A program made the translations under genes and the position numbers. Under the pieces are notes generated by a model that was not told the origin of the DNA, did not search any database, and worked only from the letters and a program-made list of their open reading frames with translations. Source: Spirochaetia bacterium (GTDB lineage: Bacteria > Spirochaetota > Spirochaetia > SZUA-6 > Bin103). Taken from it: a stretch of 64,000 bases of DNA. Numbering within the stretch: position 1 is the first letter of the stretch; every line of letters begins with the position of its first letter. The DNA lies in NCBI GenBank assembly GCA_965203905.1, contig CBDBDQ010000005.1, forward strand, positions 256,001 through 320,000. The letters are read 5' to 3'. Of this stretch, positions 19,527-28,730 are shown piece after piece.

Positions 19527-20537
19527 CTACCCGGCCGGGTCGGCGGCGAGCGCCAGCAGCCGTGCGCTGTGGGCGTTCATCTCCTTCCACGCCTGGGGCA
19601 GGCTCTGCGGTGCTTCCCAATGCTCCCTGGTCGCTTCGTAGAACTTCTTCAGGCGGTAGCAGGGGACGCCGGGGAAGGTGTGGTGCTCGGTGTGCCATTC
19701 CATGTGCCAGTACATGAACGAAGTGAAGGGGTCGACCTTCACCGAACGGCAGCTCTTGCGGAAGTCGTCCGCCTCCGGTTCGCGTCCCACGTGCATGGTG
19801 GCGTGCACCAGGGTGTGGTACCAGCGTGCGCCGTAGAACTGCGGCAGGCTCACCACCACGATCAGAAACCACTCGCCGGCTGCGATCGCCCACACCGCGA
19901 ACGCCACGTGGAGCAGGAACTGCGTGAGCGAGCGCCAGTACGCTTCGCGGCGCTCGCCGTCACTGGCCTCCTGGTACACGTAGCGTTGCCACACGCTGCG
20001 CCGCGGGTTGCCCAGGTAGGGGCGGAAGATCGAGTAGACCTGGTCGTACAGTGCGGTCACCAGGGCGCTGACATCCACAACCTGGAACGCCTGCTGCAGC
20101 ACCTGCTCGGTGGTCTTGACCTTCGGGTGCACGCGCTCGCCCTCGCTGCGGCGGTGCAGCGTGTAGCGGTGGTGGTACTTGTGGCTCATGCGGTAGGTGG
20201 CGAGGTTGGAGTTCCAATGGACCACCCCGAAGATCCGCCCGAACAGGTTGTTGAGCCAGCGCGACCGGAACATGGTGCGATGCGACAGCTCGTGAGTCTG
20301 CGGACCGAAAGCGAACAGGCCGCCGTGCAGGTAGAGCGCCAGCGCCATCAGCACCCACTGGCCGGTGCGGTAGAACCAGTAGCAGAGCGCGCCCGAGGCC
20401 GCCAGCACCGCCAGCACGCCGAGCGAGTGCCACAGACCCTGCAGGTCGCTACGCCGCATGAACCGCGCCAGAAGCTCGCGGTCGATCGGCGGCCGCTTCC
20501 ATTGCACCCTGATCGGGGTGTACGGATAGGAGCTCAT
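19527..20537 (-). CDS. Fatty acid desaturase-family membrane di-iron enzyme
   Basis: Three His boxes HELSH, HKYHH and HTEHH plus transmembrane segments. Confidence 0.88.
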   Translation of the reverse strand: MSSYPYTPIRVQWKRPPIDRELLARFMRRSDLQGLWHSLGVLAVLAASGALCYWFYRTGQWVLMALALYLHGGLFAFGPQTHELSHRTMFRSRWLNNLFGRIFGVVHWNSNLATYRMSHKYHHRYTLHRRSEGERVHPKVKTTEQVLQQAFQVVDVSALVTALYDQVYSIFRPYLGNPRRSVWQRYVYQEASDGERREAYWRSLTQFLLHVAFAVWAIAAGEWFLIVVVSLPQFYGARWYHTLVHATMHVGREPEADDFRKSCRSVKVDPFTSFMYWHMEWHTEHHTFPGVPCYRLKKFYEATREHWEAPQSLPQAWKEMNAHSARLLALAADPAG

Positions 20538-20625
20538 TTCAGCGCCTCAATATACACATCGGCGCGCTGCGTGTCGCCCACCACGGCCGCTGTGCAACCG
20601 CTGTGCCGCCATGGCGAGCGGCTGG

Positions 20626-21495
20626 CTACTCCACCGCGCCCTCGTCCGCGGGTTCGCCTCGCGGCGCTCTCGACAGCAGCCTGGAAAGCGCCGCCACCAC
20701 CAGGAAGATGGCCACGCACACCAGGGCCACCGCCGCACCCGACGCGACGCTGAAGTAGTAGGAGAGATAAAGTCCGACCACGCCCGAGACGATGCCGACT
20801 CCCGCGGCCACCAGCACGGTGTGGTGAAAGCGGCGCGTGATCTGCAGCGCCGCGGCGGCCGGGGCGACCATCAGGGTCACCACCAGTGCGATGCCGATGG
20901 TCTGCAGCGCCACCACGATGGCAAGGGCGATGAGCAGGTACTGCAGATAGGTGAGCGCGGTGCTCTTGAGCCGGAGCGAAACGGCGAACACGCGGTCGAA
21001 GGTGACCACCACCAGCTCCTTGTAGAGCAGCACGACGACCGCGACCACGATGAGCGACACCGCGCCGACCCGTACCAGGTCGGCGTTGGTCACGCTGAGC
21101 AGGTTGCCGAACAGGAAGTGCAGCAGATCCACGGCGAAGTTGCGCGCGGTCGAGATGATGGCGATACCGAGGGCGAACATGCCGGCGTAGACGACCCCCA
21201 CCGCTGCATCCTCGCCGACCCGCGAGCGGTGCACCAGGGTGGCCATGCCCAGCGAGGCGAGGAGGGCGGTGGCCGCAGCCCACCAGAACAGGCGGTTGCG
21301 GTCGGCCCCGCCCAGCAGGTAGCCGACGGCGATGCCCGGCACCAGGGAGTGGGCCAGGGCGGTGCCGATGTAGGACATGCCGCGCAACACGGCGAAGGTG
21401 CCGACCAGGGCGCACACCGATGCCACCATGGTGACGGCGAGCAGGGCCCGGCCCACGAAGGGGTAGGCGAGCGGAGCCAGCAGCAGGTCGATCAT
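20626..21495 (-). CDS. Zn/Mn ABC transporter permease (ZnuB/MntB-like)
   Basis: Start MIDLL; G.FAVLRGMSYIGTALAHS..PG, EDAAVG, LLHFLFGNLL, TFD..FA... Confidence 0.9.
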   Translation of the reverse strand: MIDLLLAPLAYPFVGRALLAVTMVASVCALVGTFAVLRGMSYIGTALAHSLVPGIAVGYLLGGADRNRLFWWAAATALLASLGMATLVHRSRVGEDAAVGVVYAGMFALGIAIISTARNFAVDLLHFLFGNLLSVTNADLVRVGAVSLIVVAVVVLLYKELVVVTFDRVFAVSLRLKSTALTYLQYLLIALAIVVALQTIGIALVVTLMVAPAAAALQITRRFHHTVLVAAGVGIVSGVVGLYLSYYFSVASGAAVALVCVAIFLVVAALSRLLSRAPRGEPADEGAVE

Positions 21496-21496
21496 C

Positions 21497-22309
21497 TCAC
21501 GTCGAGGTGGCGATCGGAAGTTCCGGCGGGCTCTCGGGAACGCCTTCGTCGGTGTCGTTGCGGCCCGGAGAATCGCCGTAGGCGGCGGCCAGATGCTCGG
21601 CCACCAGCACCTGGCCGGGGGGACCGACGGCAATCACCCGCCGATTGAGCAGCATTACCTGTTCGAGGTGGTGCGCGACTGCAAGGTTGTGGGTCGAGAC
21701 CATGACCGCGATGCCCTTGCCCACGGCGTCAAGGGTGGCGGTGAGTTGCGCGCCTGCCTCTGCGTCGAGCCCGGCGTACGGCTCGTCGAGCAGCATGATC
21801 TCCGCCTCTTGCGCCAGGGCGCGGGAGATGAACATGCGCCGCCGCTGGCCACCTGAGAGTTCCCCGATCTGGCGCCGCCGCAAGTCGCTAATCGCGACCC
21901 GCTCCATGGCTTCGGCGACGATCGCGCGGTCACGGCGCCGCAGGAAGCGCCCGTATCCTACGCGTGCGGTGCGCCCCATGGTAACCACGTCCTCCACCGT
22001 CGCTGGAAAACGCCAGTTGAGGTTGGCGTTCTGCTCAATGTAGGCGATGCACACATGGCGCTCCGACTGGCTGCCCGAGACCTTCACCGAGCCCGCCGCT
22101 GGCCGGTGGATACCCGCGATCACCTTGAACAAGGTGCTCTTGCCGGCGCCGTTGGGGCCTACCACGGCGGTGCGTTCGCCGCTCTCCAGACGGAACGAAA
22201 CCCCGTCGAGCGCACAGCGCCCGGCATAGTACGCCCGTACCCCGTTGAGCTCGAGGGTTACCGCACCCGCGACATGGGCCGGCTCACGGCTGCCGCTGCG
22301 GCCCTTCAT
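21497..22309 (-). CDS. Zn/Mn ABC transporter ATP-binding protein (ZnuC/MntA-like)
   Basis: GPNGAGKST, W.FPATVEDVV.MGR, LSGGQ, LLDEP; start uncertain (MKGRS at 22309). Confidence 0.9.
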   Translation of the reverse strand: MKGRSGSREPAHVAGAVTLELNGVRAYYAGRCALDGVSFRLESGERTAVVGPNGAGKSTLFKVIAGIHRPAAGSVKVSGSQSERHVCIAYIEQNANLNWRFPATVEDVVTMGRTARVGYGRFLRRRDRAIVAEAMERVAISDLRRRQIGELSGGQRRRMFISRALAQEAEIMLLDEPYAGLDAEAGAQLTATLDAVGKGIAVMVSTHNLAVAHHLEQVMLLNRRVIAVGPPGQVLVAEHLAAAYGDSPGRNDTDEGVPESPPELPIATST

Positions 22310-22386
22310 CACCGACGCCACGGGAATGAACCGTCGACCATTAGCGCGGACTTTCTGCCTGTTTTCATGACGTTCCACAACATACT

Positions 22387-22407
22387 TCGAGATATCATTA
22401 TCATTAG
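22387..22407 (-). promoter_or_regulatory. Putative Fur-family (Zur-like) operator upstream of znuC-znuB
   Basis: Minus strand CTAATGATAATGATATCTCGA; 16/21 identical to the site upstream of znuA (30416-30436). Confidence 0.55.
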
Positions 22408-22542
22408 TAGCCCGCCCCGGCAACCGCTCGTTTCGACCACCCGGCCGGCGTGGACGCCGCGCCAGCCGAATCGCCAGTTGCCAGCAAATTGCCTACTCCC
22501 AAATTCTCCCCCAATCAACGCCTAAGCACCGAATTTCCTCTT

Positions 22543-22761
22543 ACGAATTCGCGAATCGGCGGACGAATCTGCAGGTTCGCGATTTCGCGATGGATGGGTC
22601 GCATAAGGGATGGCTCTAGAACCGGTGCAATTAATCGTTTTCCTACAATTAATTGTTGAGAATAGTCTGCATCTCGTGCCAGTGAGATCAGGGGGCCAAA
22701 CCGTCAAATTCGCGAATTCGCGTATCAGTCGTAAACCCACAAGAAATTCGCGATTTCGCGA
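22543..22761. repeat. Four tandem TTCGCGA-containing motifs in an AT-rich intergenic region
   Basis: acgaattcgcgaat (22543), ttcgcgatttcgcga (22576), aattcgcgaattcgcg (22707), aattcgcgatttcgcga (22745). Confidence 0.7.
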
Positions 22762-22882
22762 CTTGACCGATAAGAGTGTCATCTCGAGTCTATACAAGCC
22801 TTGGGAACGCAAATCGATGCCTTACAATAGTTTGTGCAAAGATCAAGCATATATGGCGAGGATCGGGGCTCATGTTTTTCAA

Positions 22883-22910
22883 TTGACAAGGTTGCCAGAG
22901 TCCGTACAGT
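22883..22910 (+). promoter_or_regulatory. Putative sigma70 promoter of the permease-hflKC operon
   Basis: TTGACA (22883-22888), 16 nt, TACAGT (22905-22910); GAGGA at 22922. Confidence 0.55.
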
Positions 22911-22942
22911 AGCTCAAATTTGAGGATAGCGATACGGACTGG

Positions 22943-25219
22943 TTGTTGAGCATATTCACCGGATTCTTCGATTTTCTCTGGTCGTCGTTCCTGTTGCTGG
23001 CGCCCATGCTGCTGCTGGGCCTGTTCCTGGCCGGGGTGATTCACGTCATGATTTCGCGGCAGTCCATTCTCCGCTGGCTGCGCCACGACAGCTTGAAGTC
23101 GGTCAGCACGAGCGCGGCGGTCGGAGTGCCGATACCGCTGTGCAGTTGCTCGGTCGTGCCGGTGGTCGCCGAGATGCACCGCAAGGGCGCATCGCGTTCG
23201 TCCTGCATGTCGTTCCTCATCACTGCTCCAGAGACCGGCGCCGACTCGATTCTCATTACCAACGCGTTCTTCGGATTCCTGGCCGCGGTTGCGCGTCCCG
23301 TGATCAGCTTCATCACCGCGGTGGTGGCCGGCATCTTCTGCATCGGCCTGATCCGCGGCCGTCCTGCGCCGCACCACGACCACGACCACGACGATCATGA
23401 CCATGAGCACGACCACCACGGACTCGGTCATGCGGGCCATGACCACGCCGAGCACGAGCCGCTGCTGCCCGGCAGCGACGATTGCTACGTACGGCCCTCG
23501 CAACTGAAGGCAGCCCTGACCGGCTGGGCGCGGAGAACGGTGCAGAGCGTCACCGAGAGGATAGGGCGACGCAAGACCGTCACCTGGGTCAAGCCCGACT
23601 TCTACCGCTCGGCTCCTGTCGCCGAGCAACCCCGCGCCAGCCACAGCGGACCGCCCAATGGTGCCGAGGACCTGGATTTTAAGCACATCATCAAGCACGT
23701 GTTCCGCTACGGGTTCGTCGAGATAGCCGACGACATCCTGTTCTCGCTGCTGGTGGGCGTCGCCCTGGGAGGCGTGCTCTACCTGGTGATACCCAGCGAA
23801 CTGATGGCCAACGAATACGCACGCTGGATCTCCTATCCGATCATGGTGCTGGTGGGGGTGCCACTCTACATCTGCGCCTCGGCGAGCACACCCATCGCCG
23901 CCGCGCTGGTCGCCCGCGGCGTCAGTCCGGGGGCAGCGCTGATCTTTCTCATGACCGGACCGGCTACCAACACCGGTACCATCGCGATCATCGCCAACCA
24001 GTTCGGTGCCCGCTTCGCATCGGTGTATGTGACCGTGGTCATCGTCGTGACCGTCGCGATCGGCATCCTGGTCGACACCCTGGTGCTCGCCGCCGGTGCC
24101 ACCCTCTCGGTCAACCTGGGTGCCGTCCAAGCTCCGGCCATCGAGATCCTGGAATGGACCGGTGCCTTCCTCCTCATCGCCCTGATTATCTGGCGGTTCC
24201 AGGCCGGCGCCCTGAAGAGCGGTTACCAGGATCTGGTGTCCAACCTGCGGACCTTCTCCCCGCCCTGGAAGCGCCTCTTGCGCCGTCTGACCCGCGGGCG
24301 GCGGCTGGCCGGAGTGATCTCTCCCGCTGCGCCGCTGGGCATGTCGCTCTGGATTCTGCTGATCGTGGCGTTTCTGGCCACCGGCTTTACCGCGGTGCCT
24401 CCGGCGGCGGTGGGCTACGGCCGGCTGTTCGGTGCGGTGGTCTGGCGCGACCTGCCACCGGGCCTGCACTACCTGGCGCCGCGGCCGCTGGCCAGCGTCG
24501 ACCACTGGCCGATCCGGGAAGTGAAGTCGGTCACCAACGATGTGCCGTTCGAGTACCTGTCGGGCGAGTTGAACCTGCTGTCGCTCACGGTGAACGTGCA
24601 GTACCGGGTGCGGGATCCCTACGTCTATCACTACCGGACAGAGGATCCGGAGCGGGCGATTACCGACAGCGTGCGCGACGAGGTGCGTGCGTTTGTGGCC
24701 GTCGGCGACCTGAATCAGCTGCTCAACGTCCGGCGGGAGGAGTTGGAAGCGACGATTCACCGGTTGTTCTCGGGCTCCTCGGACTCGACGGCCCCGGTGC
24801 TGGATGCAGTCGAACTGATCAAGGTGAATCTCGTGGCCGTCCAGCCGATCGCTGAGACGATGAGCGCGTTTCGGGAAATCTCCAGCTCCCAGGAGGACCG
24901 CGAACGCATCATCGTCGACGCGCAGCGGTTCATGGTCACCTTGATTCCGAGGGCCCACGGTAACGCGGTGTACGAGGTCGAGCAGGCGGCCGGCGAGGCG
25001 TTCCGGAACGTGACCGCGACCGCCGCGGAGGCCGATGCCATCCGCGTGGTGTCGCGGGCGGTGCAAGCGGCCCCCGACGTGCTCCAGAGCATGCTCTGGC
25101 GCGAGAAACTGGAAACGGCCCTCGCCGGCGACAACTACAAGATCATCGTCCCGAGTCAGGACAGCCTGGCCAAGGTGGCGCTGTGGAAGCGATCGGCGGA
25201 GGAGCACACGGACCGATGA
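22943..25219 (+). CDS. SO_0444/DUF318 (ArsP-like) metal permease with His-rich loop, fused to a C-terminal HflK-type SPFH domain
   Basis: VPIPLCSCSVVP, TAPETGADSI, HHDHDHDDHDHEHDHH loop, GVPLYICASASTPIAA, GPATN; then GFTAVPP..VG...LFG....LPPGLHY, LSGELNLL..VNVQYRV, AFREISS.QEDRER..AQ...IPRA.G.A. Confidence 0.88.
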   Translation: MLSIFTGFFDFLWSSFLLLAPMLLLGLFLAGVIHVMISRQSILRWLRHDSLKSVSTSAAVGVPIPLCSCSVVPVVAEMHRKGASRSSCMSFLITAPETGADSILITNAFFGFLAAVARPVISFITAVVAGIFCIGLIRGRPAPHHDHDHDDHDHEHDHHGLGHAGHDHAEHEPLLPGSDDCYVRPSQLKAALTGWARRTVQSVTERIGRRKTVTWVKPDFYRSAPVAEQPRASHSGPPNGAEDLDFKHIIKHVFRYGFVEIADDILFSLLVGVALGGVLYLVIPSELMANEYARWISYPIMVLVGVPLYICASASTPIAAALVARGVSPGAALIFLMTGPATNTGTIAIIANQFGARFASVYVTVVIVVTVAIGILVDTLVLAAGATLSVNLGAVQAPAIEILEWTGAFLLIALIIWRFQAGALKSGYQDLVSNLRTFSPPWKRLLRRLTRGRRLAGVISPAAPLGMSLWILLIVAFLATGFTAVPPAAVGYGRLFGAVVWRDLPPGLHYLAPRPLASVDHWPIREVKSVTNDVPFEYLSGELNLLSLTVNVQYRVRDPYVYHYRTEDPERAITDSVRDEVRAFVAVGDLNQLLNVRREELEATIHRLFSGSSDSTAPVLDAVELIKVNLVAVQPIAETMSAFREISSSQEDRERIIVDAQRFMVTLIPRAHGNAVYEVEQAAGEAFRNVTATAAEADAIRVVSRAVQAAPDVLQSMLWREKLETALAGDNYKIIVPSQDSLAKVALWKRSAEEHTDR

Positions 25220-26145
25220 ACAGATCGGGGAAGCTGAGGAACAGAGTCGTAGCGGTGGTCGTGGTGCTGGCAATAACGGTGGTCGCAGCCGACAGCTTCT
25301 ACATCATCGACGAGGCGCAGCAGGGAGTACTGACCCATTTCGGCAAGATCCGGCTTCCCGTTCGGCAGCCCGGCCTGCACCTCAAGTTTCCGCGTCCCAT
25401 CGCAAAGATCTACAAGGTCGACCGGCGTATCCATACCCTGGACGGAATGGTCCAGGAGCTGATTACCGAAGACCAGAAGAACGTGCTGGTGGACGGGTAC
25501 CTGCTGTGGCAGGTCTCCGATCCGGTCAGGTACGTGGAAGCGATCCGCACCGAGGCCAATGCCGTCGCCCGCATACGCGACCTGTACCTTTCCAGCAGCG
25601 GCATCGTGATCAGCAACAAGGCACGCGACGCCTTCGTCAGCCTGGGGCTGCTGCGCGAGGAGCAGCACATCGCGGCCCAGGAAATCCTCGACCGGATCAG
25701 GCCGGTTGCCGCCGCCGAGTACGGCATCGACATCATCAAGGCCGGGATCATCGAGTACACGTTGCCACCCGAGAACCGGCCGAGCGTCATCCAGCGCATG
25801 ATCTCCGAGCGCGCCCGCATCGCGGCCCGCTACCGCAGCGAGGGCGAAGAGATGGCACTCCGCATCGAGGCCCTGGCGATCAACGAACACGAGAGGCTCA
25901 TGGCCAACGCCCATGCGGAGGCGACGGCCATTCTCGGCCAGGCGGAGGCCGAGGCAATGGCGCTGCTGGGAGCCGCGTACCGGCAGGACCCCGATTTCTA
26001 CAAGTTCATCCGCGCACTCGACAGCTACGACGCGATCATCGACGACCGCACCACCCTCCTGCTGCCGGCCGACAACGAGCTGTTCATGTATCTGGACGCC
26101 AACCGCATTCCGGCGCCGGCGGAAGTAGCACGCGCGGATGAGTGA
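25216..26145 (+). CDS. hflC: HflC-like SPFH protein
   Basis: Single N-terminal TM, QQGVLTHFGK...PGLHLK.P, ITEDQKNVLVD, LP.EN..SV.QRMISER.R.A..YRSEG, AYRQDPDFYKFIR.L.SY; ATGA overlap with the upstream gene. Confidence 0.88.
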   Translation: MNRSGKLRNRVVAVVVVLAITVVAADSFYIIDEAQQGVLTHFGKIRLPVRQPGLHLKFPRPIAKIYKVDRRIHTLDGMVQELITEDQKNVLVDGYLLWQVSDPVRYVEAIRTEANAVARIRDLYLSSSGIVISNKARDAFVSLGLLREEQHIAAQEILDRIRPVAAAEYGIDIIKAGIIEYTLPPENRPSVIQRMISERARIAARYRSEGEEMALRIEALAINEHERLMANAHAEATAILGQAEAEAMALLGAAYRQDPDFYKFIRALDSYDAIIDDRTTLLLPADNELFMYLDANRIPAPAEVARADE

Positions 26146-27565
26146 CGCAACCCAGCTACCGCCGAGCACGCGCATCATCCATGCCGTGTTCGACTATGCC
26201 GGGAAGCACAAGACCCGGATTCTGGCGCTGGGCGTCGCGCTGGCATTGCTGATGCTGGTGGCCAGCGGTTTCTACATCGTCAAGAAGGAAGAGCGCGGTG
26301 TTCGGGTGCGCTTCGGGAAAGTGGTCACGGCAGAGGTCGAACCCGGTTTGCACTACCGTATCCCCCTGATCGAGCGCGTACACGTGCGCAAGGTGATGCG
26401 GATCGAACGCCAGCTCATCGCCAGCCAGGGGGGCGCTAGCGGTTCTGCCGCGTTCACCATCCTGTCCGGCGATACCAATCTCCTGGAGATCGACCTGGTC
26501 GTGCAGTACCGCATCGAAAACCTGCGGGACTACCTGTATGCGTCGTCGGATCCACACCGCCTGCTCGCCATGGTGGCGCGCGAGCGACTGGTCGACATCG
26601 TGGGCAGGAACTTCGTCGACCTGATCTTCACCCAGAACCGCGACTACATTCAGCGTCACCTGACGGAGGGGACCGCCTTCCACCTCGAACAGTACGGCAT
26701 CGGCGTGGAGATCGTCTCGCTGAACATCGTCGACGTGCGCCCGATCGCGGAAACCGTTGCCGCCTTCCGGGACGTCAACGACGCCCTCGCCGAGCGCATG
26801 CAGGCGGTGAGCAATGCCCACCGCCTGCGGGAACAGCTCCTGGCCCGCTCCCGCGGTCAGGCGGAAGCGCTGCTGCTGAGCGCGAAGGCGAAGGCGGTGG
26901 AGCGTATGGTACAGGCGCGGGCCAGCTCCACCGCGTTCTCGGCGCTGCTCGGCGAGTACCGCGTGCAGCCGGAACAGGTGGCGATCACACGCTACTGGCA
27001 GCGCATGCGGACCATCTTCGCCGAGGCGCACCTGGCGGCGGTCAATCCGGATGCCGAATCGACCATCGACATCAACATGCTGGACGGCATCGCGGCGTAT
27101 CCGCCTACGGCCGTGCCGCCGGACGTGATGGCGGCTGCCGTGCCCGACGAATCGGCGGATCGGCCGCTGCTGACCACGCTGCGACCGCCGGGAATGCATA
27201 CGATCGAGACCGTGGACGCGGATAAGCCGCTGCTCGACGGGCAGTTCCACGAGCCGCTCGCGGAACGCGACCACGGTGCCGCGCACCCGAGGTCGCTGCT
27301 GTTCGACACCCCGTCGATCTTTCGCCACCGGCATGTCGTCACCCGCCGGATCCAGCCAGCCGCGCCGACGCCGGCGGGGGTGCCGAGCGCCGCGGTCGAA
27401 CCTGCGGACCAGGTGAAGGACGCCGCCGCGGCCGAACCGGCGGCGGCGGAGCCTGCCGCGGAACCGGCGCCAACCGATCCGGAACCAACGCCGCAGAGCA
27501 AGGAACAGCCCTCGGTGGAGGCTCAGCGCGTATCGAACAAGGGTGATTATGGCACGAATGAGTGA
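26138..27565 (+). CDS. hflK: HflK-like SPFH protein with long Pro/Ala/His-rich C-terminal tail
   Basis: SGFYIV..EERGV.VRFGK...EPGLHY, LSGDTNLL.IDLVVQYRI, V.AAFRDV..A, ARSRGQA, EY...PE..ITR.Y...M; tail with AAAEP repeats. Confidence 0.87.
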   Translation: MSDATQLPPSTRIIHAVFDYAGKHKTRILALGVALALLMLVASGFYIVKKEERGVRVRFGKVVTAEVEPGLHYRIPLIERVHVRKVMRIERQLIASQGGASGSAAFTILSGDTNLLEIDLVVQYRIENLRDYLYASSDPHRLLAMVARERLVDIVGRNFVDLIFTQNRDYIQRHLTEGTAFHLEQYGIGVEIVSLNIVDVRPIAETVAAFRDVNDALAERMQAVSNAHRLREQLLARSRGQAEALLLSAKAKAVERMVQARASSTAFSALLGEYRVQPEQVAITRYWQRMRTIFAEAHLAAVNPDAESTIDINMLDGIAAYPPTAVPPDVMAAAVPDESADRPLLTTLRPPGMHTIETVDADKPLLDGQFHEPLAERDHGAAHPRSLLFDTPSIFRHRHVVTRRIQPAAPTPAGVPSAAVEPADQVKDAAAAEPAAAEPAAEPAPTDPEPTPQSKEQPSVEAQRVSNKGDYGTNE

Positions 27566-28727
27566 GCGTCCGGCACGGCGGCGGGGCTCGGTGGCGGCGC
27601 TCTGCCTTGTTCTGCTGGCAACTTCCCTGCCGGCGGCCGCGGCGCCGGGGATAACCGCCAACGCGATCGTGTTCGGGCAGAGCGCGAGTCTGACGGGGCC
27701 GAACCGGAAGCTCGGGATCAACTACCGCGCCGGCATCGAAGCCGCCTTCAGCGAGCGCAACCGGCGCGGCGGCGTTGGCGGCAGGCTGCTCGAAATCCGC
27801 TCACTGGATGACTCCTACGAGCCGGAGCATGCGGCCGCCAACGCCCGCTGGTTCGTGGAAAGGAACGACGTGTTTGCCGTCATCGGCGGAGTAGGTACGC
27901 CTACCGCCAAGCGCATCGCTCCGATCCTGCGGGCGGCGCAAGTACCCTTCGTCGGTCCCTTTACCGGGGCCGACTTCCTGCGTAGCGCCGAGCGCTTTCC
28001 CAACGTGGTCAACCTGCGCGCCGGGTATCTCGACGAGACGCGCGTCCTGGTCGACTTCATGATCCGCGAGTTGGGAACCCGGCGCTTCGGGATCATCTAC
28101 CAGGACGATGCCTTCGGCCGCTCGGTCCTCAGAAACTTCCACTCCGTGCTCGACAGCTACGACCTTCCGCTGCTGGCTCGATCCACCTTTTCGCGCAACA
28201 CGCATGCGGTCCATACCAGCCTGTTCACCCTGGCCAAGGCCGATCTGGACGCTCTGCTGCTGGTGGGGAGCTATCCCGTCAATTCGCTGATCATCAACCT
28301 TGCCCAGGCCCTGGGACATGAGTACGTGATGGCCAACCTTTCGTTCGTCGACTCGCAAGCCCTGCGGGAGCTGGTGGAAGTCCCGAGCGAGCGCATCCTG
28401 GTATCCGAGGTAGTACCCGACCCGCAGGACACCAGCCGGGCGCTGGTGCGACGCTTCCGGAACGCCATGGCGGCGCACCACCCGGAGACGGATGACCTGA
28501 TCGACGCGGTGTCCCTGGAGGGATACGTCCTCGGCAGGTTCGTGATCGACGTACTGGACCGGATGGAAGTCGAGTTGACCCGTGAACGTTTTCTGAGCAC
28601 CGCGCTGTCGCCCGATCCGGTTGCCATCGATGACTGGACCATTCGCTTCGAACCCGGAACCAATGTCGGCTCCGATTACATCAGATTGACCAATCTGGGC
28701 GGCGATGATGACACACAAGGGGAGTAG
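27558..28727 (+). CDS. Periplasmic binding protein, Leu/Ile/Val (type 1 PBP) family, orphan
   Basis: Signal peptide, FGQSASLTGP..LG...G..AAF..N..GGVGGR...DDSYEP, GGVGTPT, NLRAGY.DE, YQDDAFG, SLEGY. Confidence 0.85.
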   Translation: MSERPARRRGSVAALCLVLLATSLPAAAAPGITANAIVFGQSASLTGPNRKLGINYRAGIEAAFSERNRRGGVGGRLLEIRSLDDSYEPEHAAANARWFVERNDVFAVIGGVGTPTAKRIAPILRAAQVPFVGPFTGADFLRSAERFPNVVNLRAGYLDETRVLVDFMIRELGTRRFGIIYQDDAFGRSVLRNFHSVLDSYDLPLLARSTFSRNTHAVHTSLFTLAKADLDALLLVGSYPVNSLIINLAQALGHEYVMANLSFVDSQALRELVEVPSERILVSEVVPDPQDTSRALVRRFRNAMAAHHPETDDLIDAVSLEGYVLGRFVIDVLDRMEVELTRERFLSTALSPDPVAIDDWTIRFEPGTNVGSDYIRLTNLGGDDDTQGE

Positions 28728-28730
28728 CGG

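Noticed and set aside
25216-27565. Housekeeping hflK-hflC (FtsH regulator) operon
   Set aside because: The arrangement is permease-HflK fusion, hflC, then a second hflK, without hflX or ftsH and inside a metal locus, so these are treated as specialised paralogues.
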